DNA from: Klebsormidium nitens
Taxonomy: Eukaryota > Plantae > Klebsormidiophyceae
Assembly (NCBI GenBank): GCA_000708835.1
Contig: DF237325.1
Span: forward strand, 26,203 to 90,202
DNA length: 64,000 nucleotides
Direction of reading: 5' to 3'
Part shown: piece by piece, positions 49,989-61,600 of the stretch
How the letters are laid out: each line of letters opens with the position of its first letter
Position numbering within the stretch: the stretch's first letter is position 1
Position numbers and translations under genes: made by a program
The notes under the pieces: model-generated
The model's input: the letters and a program-made list of their open reading frames with translations, nothing else
Told to the model about the DNA's origin: nothing
The model's database searches: none

Positions 49989-52900
49989 ATGAATCTGTCC
50001 CGGGAGCATGCGGCCAGCTTCGTCTTTCCTAAGCAGCACAGCTCCGTGCACCTCATCCCTCCCCGGGGGAACCTCCCGCCCACAAATTCACCCCCCCCTC
50101 GCTGGTGGGGGAGGCTGCGCTTGTGGAGAAGAAGCCCTCCCACACAGCAGAGGGCAAAGTCGTTCATCTTCTGTCCTCGGGGGGAGGCGGGGGGAACTCC
50201 GGGCGCTGTGGAGGGGGAGAATGGCAAATTGGGGGGGAAGAAGTTCAGCCATTTGGAGGGGGTGGCGACATTATGGCGGCTCTCGTGGCTGGCGATGGTT
50301 CTGGTGTGTATGTGCTTGCTGACGGTGCAGGGGTTGATTCACTGGGCCATGAGCAGCGGAGTTGACAGGAACGCACAAGGGTTCGAACTGGTAAGCTGAC
50401 AATCTCGTTTCTCCTTTAAGACAAGAAAGGACGAGATGAAGAGCAAGAGCATGCCATTTTCGACAGCAAGACTGCTTGAAATGCTTGCTCTGTCTGGTTC
50501 AGCTCAGGTGTCCCTCTAAGCTTACACTTCGAAAGCATGACGCATGAGCTGTGCTAGTCCGCACAAAATGCTGGCAGAATCAGCAACTTGCAGTGAGGAT
50601 CCGTGAAGTTCCTCGCAGGGAACTTCGTTTGCTTGACGGGAGTTCCGCCGTTCGGATCACTGCTTTCGATACTTTGCCCAAATATGCTTTGTTCGTCTCC
50701 GCGCAGGCTGCAAACCAGATTGCCCTCACCTTCTCCCTAGAGGTGGTGGCCCTGGGCCTTGTCCTCAACTCTACAAACCCATCCGAAGGCACCAACAGCA
50801 GCGCGCAGGCCGCGCTACAAGGCCTCCAGCAAGAATGGACTTCAGGCCAGACCCGCCTCGCCACAGTTTCCTGCGGACTAACCTCCGCACAACAGAGCAC
50901 GACCCAGCGTCTTTTGGAAGCAAGCTCGGCATCGGGTGACGCTTTCTCAGCTGCGGTTGCGGGGTTTCTACAAGACAGAAGGTTGCAAGACGTGCAAAGC
51001 GCAAGCGCAGTGTATCGGGGGTCACTGGAGGCGGTGGAAAATGAGTGCGGAGCGCGACGGAGGGGGGGAGAAAGCGTGGTTCTGGGGCTGACGTGGGCGC
51101 TGACGTTGCTGGGCTTGGTGACGTCAGTGGGGCTGGTCCTTGGGACGCTGAGGTCACTCGTGAGGGCGATGACGTCACTGGAGGTCAGGCACGCGCAGGT
51201 GGTCAAGGAAATGGCAACGTAAGTGGCTGGTCCTGCTTCCGTCCAAGAAATAAACAAAGCAATGATTGTAACCCGAGCGTTTCTCTGCATTGATAGAGCT
51301 CGACAAACATCGACAAGGGGCTCGAGAACTAGTAGACAGTTCTCGAGCCCATTATCGATTCCCGAGACTGTCTCAGCGGCTTCACGACTGCTCGATCCTC
51401 GCTTGCTGTCAATTTACAGTACCGTTAGCTTCGTTGGCCTCTTGGCAAAGTCTAGGTCCCTCTCAAAGGCTTTAAGTGCTCTCACCTTTCTCGAATCATC
51501 TCCTCAATATTCACACAGGTTCGGCCCGCTTTTCAGGCCAACAAACGCGTGCTTTTTCCGTTTTTTACTCGACGTCCCCTAATGAAGCGGCCCACTAGTC
51601 ATTTCCCTTCCCCCTGAAGCTGATCTTTCGACGCGTTGGTGTAGAACCTTGTAAGCGGAGTAAAGCCCATACAGCAAGATACCGAGGTTTGGAAGTGGCG
51701 GCTTTTTCAAGGTTGCAGCAAAGAGGTAAAGACGCCCGCGAAGACGCCCCGCACTGACCTCTTTCTTCCGACCTTCTTTCCCTCCTCGACGTCCAAAAGT
51801 GACGCGCAAGCATTCACACCTTCTGACGAAACCTCGGTTTTCCCAGAGTGTTCTCTCAGCACGCATGCAAGGAAACCCAAGACCACAGAAATCAATCCTT
51901 CCGTTTGCTTTTGCAGTCAATACGCGGACGCCCGGCGCACGTCCGCGCTTCAGCTGGGGTACATCAGCCACGAGTTGCGCAACCCCCTGAATGGCGTCAT
52001 GGGTCTGATCCACCTGTGCCTTTCCTTCGTCACGCCGGCCGGCAGCCGCCGGTCCTCTCGGGCTGTATCTGCCGACCACAGCGAAGAGCCGACTCCCTAT
52101 TTGGGGGGGGAGTTTTTTAGGGGCATCGAGAGCCCCGGCCGCGACGAGCTGCTGAACTTCGGGCGCACACGGCTGTCCTCGGAAGTGGACGACTCGGCGA
52201 TGCTCAACAAATCGTGGCCCGACGCGTGGCACACGCGCAGCTCGGCTTCCAGCGGAAGCAGCCCTCTATTCGGCCCCCCGGTGAATCTACTCTCGCGCCA
52301 CGCGAAGCTGCCACGGTTGCCGTATTTAGAGTCGCCCCCACGGGGGGGGACGCACTCCGCCGGGGGGGGGTGCGAGGTGTGCCACGGGCTGGTGTACGAT
52401 AACCTATCGCTCGCGGATAAGAGCTGCGAGCTTATGAAGACCATCATGGGCGACCTGCTGGACATGCAGCGGCTGGAGGCGGGCCAGGTCGTGATGTCCA
52501 AATCCTCCGGGACGCTCCTTGACGTCATCCGCCACGTCACGCGCCTCGCGGAGACGCAGCTGCTGATGCACGCGGAGACGGCGGAGACCGTATCGCGTAT
52601 CCGGTCGCACAGCCGGCGGCTGACGTCAGGTGACTCGGGCTTCGCGGCGGTCGAACGCGCGATGCGAGGGGAGGGGGGGGGCGACATGGGCCCGGGGCCC
52701 AGGCAGTCGGACCCCCCCGGGAAGAAAGTGCGCGGGCGGTGGGAGTGGGTGCAATCGGATGGCGGGCGGATCGGGGAGGGGCGCGTGAACGGGCGCGCGA
52801 TCCTGCGGTACGTGTGCGATGCTGGCGTCAGCGGGACCAAGTACGAGATGGACCGGGCCAGGATGGAGCAGGTAAGATACGAGTAACGAAAGGGTAACAT

Positions 52901-55900
52901 ACGAGTGACGCCTGGTTCGTTTGGCTTGTTTCAATCTACTTTCACAGTTTCGAAGATCGTCATCTGTGTACCCTAAACACCGTTTCACCCTCGGCACCTC
53001 TTGACTATTTCGAGATTGACCACTTGACAGTCATTTGTGAGACACCGCAGAACGCAGGATCAACGTTACCAACACGCAGATGTATTAGGGCCCGTAGAAC
53101 CGCTGCTCGTTTGTGTGTGCGCCGTTTTGTTGCTTCCGATCATCCGATCATAAAAGTTTTGAGCTTCGAGGACCATGTCTTGCGTGCCTCGTCGACGATC
53201 AAAAGAGAGGAACGTGGGCTGCTGTCCAGTCCTCCTTGCCGTGCGAGACGACCACCACAGCTGGAGAACCCTCGAGAATGCTGTCAAGCTTTCAGCAACA
53301 TCAAATTCTCCACTCTACTCGCAGGTAATGAGCAGTCTGGTGACCAACGCGCTCCGCGCGACGCGGCAGGGTGACACGTGTCCCGTGCTGCACGCGCGCA
53401 CAATGGAGGGCGACACGGGCGTGCGCCTCGAGGTCGTCGACCGCGGCCAGGGTTTAAGCGCGGCCGCGCGCGACACCGTCTTCGAGCCGTTCCTGCACAC
53501 GTACTACCAGGAAGAGGGGCTCACGCTCGGCGTGGGGCTGAGCCTGTACATCAGCAAACTGCTGGTCACCAAACATATGGTAAACTCTCATTTCCTACCG
53601 CATTAAGATTCATGTAATTTCGTTATTAGGAGCTTCAGCTTTGGTCAGTGCACTTCCGCGAAGTCTTTTCAATCATTTCCCGCACGCTCTTCAGCCTATC
53701 TATGACCACCCACATGCATTTTACTGCCTCGTTTCTTTCAGAGCTTGCGTTGCCTTGCGTCTCTCCCGTTACTAGTAGACGTTAGCACCACTCTCCTTTT
53801 GTCGCAGCTCAACGAAATCCGTTCTACTATCAGGCCGCAAGGAAAGGCAGAACATCCACGTGGGGGGAGGATTATAAATCGATCGCACAGAGCGTGATAA
53901 GTCTTTTCTTCCTCGTTTCTCCGCAGCATGGCAGCATCGGCTTCAGCAGCGAAGAAGACTTCGGGAGCACTTTCTGGGTGGAGCTCCCCTTGTCCCGGGT
54001 CCGAACCCCGGGGCCCTCCCTCTCCTTTACCACGGCATCTTTGGCCGGTAACACCTCCCCCGGTTCTACACCGCGAGGGACTCGGCCTCCTTCCAAAACC
54101 GAAGCCACCACTTCAAAGACCCAGATGCCTTCTTCCGGGGGGTTGGCCCCGCCTGCCGCGGCTGCCCCCCGGAGCGAAAAGGAAGCGTCCTCGGCGCCCA
54201 TCCTCCGGGAGCCTCCGCAGCTCGCGCGAGCCCGGAAGAAGTCCCCGGTGAAAGCGACTTCTGAAGCGGAACCCGGTGTGAACGCGCCCAAAGACGGTGC
54301 GAATGCGCCCACAGACGGCGAGGCGCAGCCGAAAGCCGCGCGGCGCGCGAGGGAAAAGCCGGTCGGGGTAACCCTTCGGGCGGTTAGTCAGATTGAAATC
54401 GCTAACCCCCGGTCCCTTTCCAAGGGCGCGACGCTGCTCGGTTCCGCCGCCCCGACCACGGCGTCCAGCCGGAAGGAACTGTTCCGCTGGAGTTCCGTCC
54501 TGGTGCACGCCGGGGGATCCCCCGGGGCGGAAACGGAAGACGGTTTCCGGGCGGACTTTCTGCACGGTCAGCGGAGCGTGCACCCCGTGGCGGAAGAAGA
54601 GGGCGAGGGCGAGAGCGCGGCCGCGACGCCGGAGAGCGCGCTGCCGAGTCCGAAGAAAGAGGCGGGGCGAGAGGAGCGGAAGCTGCACTGCCTCGTGGTG
54701 GATGACGTGCACACGAACAGGTGAGCGGACAAAAAGCGAACGGATGCAATTATTTATTCATTATTTATTTATTACTTATTTGTTATACATTTTTATTATA
54801 CTTAAAAATAAATCCATGTGTTTATTTTTATGTCTGAATAAATAAACACATGGTTGAAGAATGAATAAACAATTCGATGATCAATACAGCGGGGTTTTTG
54901 GGGCCAAGTGTCGAGAAAGAGCAGAGACGTCATTACTTCCGTAGAACAGCGAGGAGCGCAAACGTTTGGATTGTCCTCGGAAACGAAGGTTCGAGGAAAA
55001 GCAGGGTCGAAGGAACGAAGAGATGACGAATGTGTTTTTAGTCGTCGCACGTCCATGGTGATCAATGCACGTATCCCTATTTCATCATGAAGCGGTAACC
55101 AAACAGATTGGGTTCCCGAAGGAATCATGATTTGAGCTGCGCGTGCTCAGGTTTTCGGCAAGAACGGAAACGGCTCAGACACACTCATGGAGCAATCACG
55201 TTGACTTGATCGAGCCACATGCCAACCTTCAGCTGACTCTTACCGTTTCGGTCCAGCAAACGACTCCCCACAAGACGATGGCTTGTTTTTGACAGGCAGG
55301 CTCGCAAAAAGCCGTAATCTACACAAGCCATCCCGGAAACCAACCCCTAAGTTTTCAGCTTTCTAAGCTCCGCTTGTTACGTGCGCGCAGGCTGGTTCTG
55401 CAGAAGATCCTTCACGTGCTGGGCCACACGTGTGACACGTCAGTGAACGGTCTGGAAGCCGTGGTTGCCGTCACCGGGCAAAAGCCGGCCGTCGATGGGG
55501 CGCCTGTGCCGCGGGCGGAAGGGGAAGAGTCCGTCGTGACCAAAGACTACGACCTCATTCTGATGGTGAGAATCACAACAGGAAGGAATCATTTAACCAA
55601 GCTTGGTTTGTGGTTAGGCAAGTGCCCTTCTACCCAAGGAACGTGGTTCGTTTTGTTTTCCCTCCGGTCATTCCTGCCTTGATGCCCTTCAACTAGTCGT
55701 AGTTCAGGGCAAAAGCCTTATGTAATACTGGGCGTCGAAAGTCGGGGGGAGGAGGGAGTGCTTCTTTATGGAAAGAACGGCTAGGCGGTAAAAATCATGG
55801 TGGATCTCAAGTGTCGTTTGTTGAGATTTCCTGACGCTAAATTGAATGTGTGGCGGAGAAATCTTCTAGAAGGAGAGCCGTTCTGCTTTGAAATAGACTG

Positions 55901-57004
55901 CAGCATTCTTTGAAAGAGTTCTGACTATTTTCCGAAGAGTAAACGTTTTCTCACCTTGCCTAGCTTTTTCGTTTCGCCAAACGTCCAGATACCGGTGATG
56001 GACGGGGATTGTAAGTCATATCCAGGCTTTAAGATAGTCTGTAGCACACTCTTTGGAAAACCTTCTAACCATTACTCCGAAGTATTTTTCTTTTCTCACC
56101 ATCCCTAGTTCTTTCGTTTCCCAGGACGTCCAGATGCCGGTGATGGACGGGCGGCGCGCCACGGAGCTCATCCGGCACTGGGAGCACCAGCAGCTGACGA
56201 GAGCGCGTGCGGCCGCGGCCGGCCCGTGGGATCCCTCTGAGGGGCCCAAGCACAACCTGCTGCCCATCATCTTTGTAACCGGGAACGTCATGCCGGGCGA
56301 GGAGGCGCTCATGCTCTCCAGCGGGGCCACCAAGGTGCGCGCGCGCTGCGGCCCTCGATCTTCTACTCCGTGCAAGTTTTGATCTCCTTAAGAGCTTGTA
56401 AGACCATATGATTGTTCTTCAACGTATTCTCCAGACCCTCTAAGAGCACCCCCCGTTTGATTTGGGTGGCTACCACCCCCTCCTTCCTTTTCCAAATGGA
56501 AGGTGAAACTGGGAAAGAGTCGAGATTAATCCCAGGAGGGAGGCCCTGGGGTGTCGCACGTATTCTGGTGCTGCATCTCCTTTCCTCACCTCATTCCTTT
56601 CCTTTCTCCGTCGGGAGACAGGTCCAATGACTGCAAGACTAATACTAGAGGTCGAGTTAACAGCAAATCACGAACGTATGACCTCAGCAATGCCCGCCTT
56701 GCTTGAAGAGGCGCAAGCGTTTATCAGGTTTCTCGAGCAATCAAAAAGCTAAGGCGAAGCATGTTCGCGACGGGCTAAACCTCGATTATCCCCAACGTGG
56801 TCCAGTGCTTTCGTATGATCATTTCAATGTTAGCGCTAACCCATTAGGTTACCGTTCCAGGTGATCGAGAAGCCGATGCGCATGAACGACCTGCGCGAGC
56901 TCATCCGCGTGTACGTGCACGACCGCGCGCCCCCTCACCTGCCGCCGCTCACCCTGCAGAAGGTCTTTGGCTGGGCCGACAGCCGGGGTGCGCGCGGGCA
57001 ATAG
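49989..57004 (+). CDS. Membrane-bound hybrid sensor histidine kinase (TM, helical sensor, TM, HisKA, HATPase_c, linker, REC); exons 49989-50390, 50707-51218, 51917-52871, 53325-53579, 53927-54720, 55391-55565, 56125-56334, 56861-57004
   Basis: H-box YISHELRNPLNGV; DLLDMQRLE; N-box LVTNAL; G1 VVDRGQG; F-box VFEPF; G2 GVGLSL; GSTFWVELP; receiver CLVVDD, DLILMDVQMPVMDG, FVTG, EKP; two hydrophobic segments (LSWLAMVLVCMCLLTVQGLI; VVLGLTWALTLLGLVTSVGLVL). Confidence 0.92.
54748..54874. repeat. 127-bp very AT-rich intronic insert with nested inverted repeats
   Basis: Outer IR aattatttattcatt (54748-54762) / aatgaataaacaatt (54860-54874), one mismatch; inner perfect 14-bp IR ccatgtgtttattt (54814) / aaataaacacatgg (54840). 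Confidence 0.7.
55886..56151 (+). repeat. Tandem duplication (period about 145 bp) of the intron end plus the start of the HK receiver exon
   Basis: ttctcaccttgcctagctttttcgtttcgccaaacgtccagataccggtgatggacggg (copy) vs ttctcaccatccctagttctttcgtttcccaggacgtccagatgccggtgatggacggg (functional). Confidence 0.88.
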
Positions 57005-58604
57005 CGCACGAAACGCGCTCGCAAAGGTTCTTGCGCAGCTCGGTCGTCGAAGAGAGGTCGGGGCGCGCATTGCGCGACTCCGCGCCTCAATTGCGCGCAC
57101 TGATAGATGAGATTCTTAGAAAGACTTGCCGCATAAAAGTAGGACACTCAGCAGGTTTTGGGATCGCGCCATTGGCATCTGACTGAGGACCGGGCCGGGG
57201 ACACGAAATTTACTAGCGCAGATTGGTCCAAAAACTGACAAAGCGGAGGGGAATGATGTGCAGGCTGTTTCCACATGGACTGCGACTTAGTCGTGTATGT
57301 ACTGAACAAATGGCGTTCTTCAGAACGCGATTCTTTCGAGGACGAATGTAGCATAGGAGAGAGGGTCCAGCGCTTTCCGAAAAGAGACGAGGCCCTCTAG
57401 AGGTATAAGGGTCGATCGAAACATTTGAATAAGACCGTCCATAAACAATGGGGGAATAAGGAAGCCCGCTACTGTGTAATTCGTGGATCCCTTGGCAACC
57501 ACCTCATGACTTCCATTTCTGGCACGTCAATTTAGATGAATTGAGGTTTCAGGCAGTGGAAAGTAGAACGAGTTCGACTAGGTCAAAAGCGATGTAGCGC
57601 ACCGGCCGTTTGGGGGACCGGACCCAGCTTGTTGATCAGGAGGAAGACTCTCAAGACGATTGCGGCAACGCGCTCACCGAGCGGCTGCGAGTATGAGTGC
57701 CACCATGGCTCAGTCTAGAGTATATATCGAGTATATACCCGGCCGGCAGCCTTTGAATCATACACAAGCTGGCAAAACAATTGTAGCATACATAGATCGG
57801 CCGGAAAGTTCAGCTCGGTGGTAACATGAACCACGTGACAACTTCATTGGCCGCATGCCGATAAGCGCTAGGCAAGGTGACTGATCAGGACCACTGTCCG
57901 CTAAATATACATGTACGTTGTGCCGCACCGAATTGCGCATGCAATCTTATAGTATGGGGGTTCAGGGCTAGCTGTACTATCATTCGCAATGACCTTGCAA
58001 CCTCCAAAAACCATGGTAGCGTCAAGTGTGCATGCCTCACATGGCAGCTAGACCGTTAAGTCCAATGTATGCAGCCTGCAGACCGGGTCTCCATCAGCTG
58101 TGACTGTCTCTAGACCATCCGCTCAAGATAATTCCCTGATTTGTAAAGCTAGCCATGATGCAATTGCATTCCGAAGCACTGTCCATTAGCTTTAAAAGTT
58201 TGGTCCACAGCGTTCAAGAACTATTTAAGGGGAAGTGGGATAGATAGCCTGGAAGCACGATGCGACAAGAAAGCTCGCACTGGCTCGACTGATGATTACA
58301 TGGTACTCAAATAGCAAGGACAAGTGTGTCAAATCGGGGTTCAATTTCGTTACCTACTTACTGAAAAGCATCATGGCTAAAAGTACAGACGTATTCAATG
58401 TTTATCGGGACCCGCAGAAGGGCGCTTGTTGTCGTAGCGGTCCAAGAGAAACTCCTCGAACAGTGTGGCTCACAATCCTAAACAAGCAATCACGAAGAGT
58501 GCAAAAGACTCGATAAACGATTGAAGGCACACAAGTAATCTCTACTCTCAAGCTAGGTTTGAACACTCAAACTTAACTAGGTCAGGCGAAAGATACCTAG
58601 GTGA

Positions 58605-61600
58605 TCAGTGACCGTTCACAATGCCGGAGCCATGGATGAAGCGCGCATCGTCTTCAGTGTAGACGTGAGTCTCGGCGGCAAGACTGCAACAAGAGGCGCA
58701 GCATCTCGTGTCACATTCTCGACAAGCTTTACAGTGGCCAGATCAAGAATACTAGCCAGTGCCTAGCGCCCACGGCTGAAAAAAGTAGCTGTGGAGATGC
58801 CAGCTTTCCAGCATAGGCAAAGCGCAACGCAAGCTTCTCTAACACTCACTTGACCCTTCGTTTTTAGAAGCTCACGAGATATCTACACCAATCGCCAGAA
58901 CCTTTCCGTGTTTCATGACTGGTTTGTGCACTCAACACCTTCCAGAGAACTGCAAGCTCATGAAGAGCAGAGTGTTTGTCATCTGGTGGAGAGCAGACTA
59001 TTGACAAGCATCAGACGGTCTTTCCTTTGCGCATCGCCTGTGCACTCACCCCTTCCTGACCGCCTTGCTCAGGGCCATCTCTGCCTGGAGGGTGCGGCCG
59101 TCTAGGTACCCAAGCTCCCCGTTGATCCGCTTTGCAATAGCCGCTGCAGGATTGCAAAGAGGGCAGCTTTCAGAAAGCGAGTGGAATATGCAGGGTAGTC
59201 GCACAATGTTACGACGAGCACCGGCTTCATCTTGCAAAGACAGCGCGTTGATCAGCAAGAACCGGGCACGTGGAGAAGGGGTGCCAATATCACCCAATCC
59301 GTCCTTCCGAGGTAAAGCGCAATTGGCGTGCAATGCAGCGATGAAGCAGCGCCCCAAGTGACCGCGAAGAGAAGCAAAACCAACAGTATCTGGCAAGACA
59401 TCCTTGTGAATCATGGATTATGCTCAATCAAGTTAGGGGCCCTTGGTATGAGCCGTTGAACAGACTGCCAGGCAGATGTTGGACAAAGAGACATAAACAG
59501 ACCTTAAATGCGTTCAAAGCTCTACAAAAAAGTTGGTTCAATCATTACCGTCAAGGTCCGCCACGACTGGCTCCTTCAGCGGCTCGTCCGAGGCCATGAT
59601 CCAGCCCCACTGGTCGGCGAAGGACGGCACGTGGGTCGCATACGGCAGGGTGTCTGCAGACGTGAGGGTGTTGGGACAGGTAAGAAGAAGCGACCCGTTC
59701 ATTTTGGCCAGGTAAAAAGTAAAACTGTACTCGGGCGAGACAAAAAGTGCAACGCCAAGCTTTGAAGCTCGGCTAACAAACCGTCACAGGAAGTGGCGTA
59801 ACCCTAACACACTACCCTAAACGCGGGCGCTAAGCAGGCATGTCGCTCTTACAGTCGCTGCGCATTTGTGTGCGCAATTTGTGTGCACAACTTGTGTGGC
59901 CCGTATGCTAGGACACGTTGGTGATCCAGAATACGAGTTAGCTCAACATTGACAACTCAAAGCCCTCAGTTTCGGAGAAGTCTTTCAAAAAGTCTTTCCA
60001 ACCGTGAAGACTCCGTCGTTGCAGGTCGCGGAAAAAGTCGTTGCAGGTCGCGGAAAGCGCATATCAAAGTGGGTCAACCTACAAGAAAAGTTCCTGCAAG
60101 TCAAGAGGGTTTGCATCGAAGTTGGAGCTTGGCCACCAAGCTAGTAATCACATAACTAAGGGTAAGGATCCTCACGCTTGAACACCTGGGCCAATGTGTT
60201 GTGGATTGACGAGTACACCTGCAAAGCAGGCTCACGCGATCAGACATCTGCTTGGATACCCAAACGACGATTGGGTAAAACGAAGAAAAGCGCTAAAAGC
60301 TAAAAAACAATGATCAGTTTCGATGAGCATATCTGTTCATTTTTTCTCATTTGAGTACTAATATCTGCGACACTTACTCACGAGAGTGGTTGATTTCGAC
60401 TTCTATACATGACGCCCACTCCAATTTCTGGTGTTAAGGGACCCCCCAAAGGGCGACTAGGCAGATCGATACACTGCCTCTGGACCCCTTCGCTCGGCAG
60501 GTTTGAGAACCTTCAATCTGCGATTTTGGAACTCTTTGAAAACCGGACAAGGAGAAAGAAACTATTGAGACCTTCCAGCGAGAAACCCGGTCCGAAGTCT
60601 TGCGTCGTGCTCTTACCAGCTTGTACGAGAGGATGCCGGCGGGGCCACCCTGCGTGACAATGATCCCGCCAGGGGCCAGCTTGGGCTTCAGGATCTTCTC
60701 GTAGAAGTCCTGCGAAACAAAGAGGTTCATTCACTTTCAGGCACTTCTCTTCCCTTTCCTCCTTTCCATTTTCCTCGCTCTCGCTGACTGTTGAGAGTGT
60801 CTTTTCGAAGCAATAATCGCCCGTGATGATAAAAGCTCCACTGCAGCAGCACAAACAAACATTCATACTTTGTGCTTGGTCGGAATCAATGTTGTCAGAA
60901 AGCAAAACCGTTCTACTTCGGGCCGGGAATGACCGAATTCAGGCGGGAAATAAGGCTCTACAGACGCTGTCAACTCGTAACGAGCAACTTCGAAGAAGTT
61001 GCGCCCCTACATGGAGTACTCGGAAGGCCTTCTTGCAGTCACTGCATAGCTGTGCGCCCGCCCAAGCCTGCTCTGTTGATGTTGTGATCATCTTCTCGTA
61101 CAGAGACGAACGACGTGGCGAAAGAATCATACAGAAGACCGATGAAAAGTCAATCAAGCCGAAGCAAGAGTCAAAGCGGAAAGACCAAGCTTACAAAAGG
61201 AAGTACATAAGTAGAGTCTCAACAATCACCTTGGTGTAGAGCTTGTAGCATGGGCCACCCTCTACTGGATCCGCCAGATCTCCAATGATGACGTCAAACT
61301 GCTCGGTGCTCCGCTCCAGCTCGACTCTGGGCAATGGGGAGCAACGGTCAGAGACCAGCAACGCGCGGCAGACTGGTGCTTACAGGAAATCATAAGAGTG
61401 GCAGAAGCTCGATAACATGGTAAGCAGAAGGGACAAAGGAACAAAATCGACCTAAGCTGAGAGCTTTCTGAGCCAGTCGACTCCAGTTCAGGTGCTTGCA
61501 CAAAAAGCTATGTTTCTTCTGTCAGGTTTACCAAACGGGTGTCAGAACAGAAGCCCAGCGCTTCGAGTTTTCTCCCCCTCGAGTCACGAGCAAACGCATA

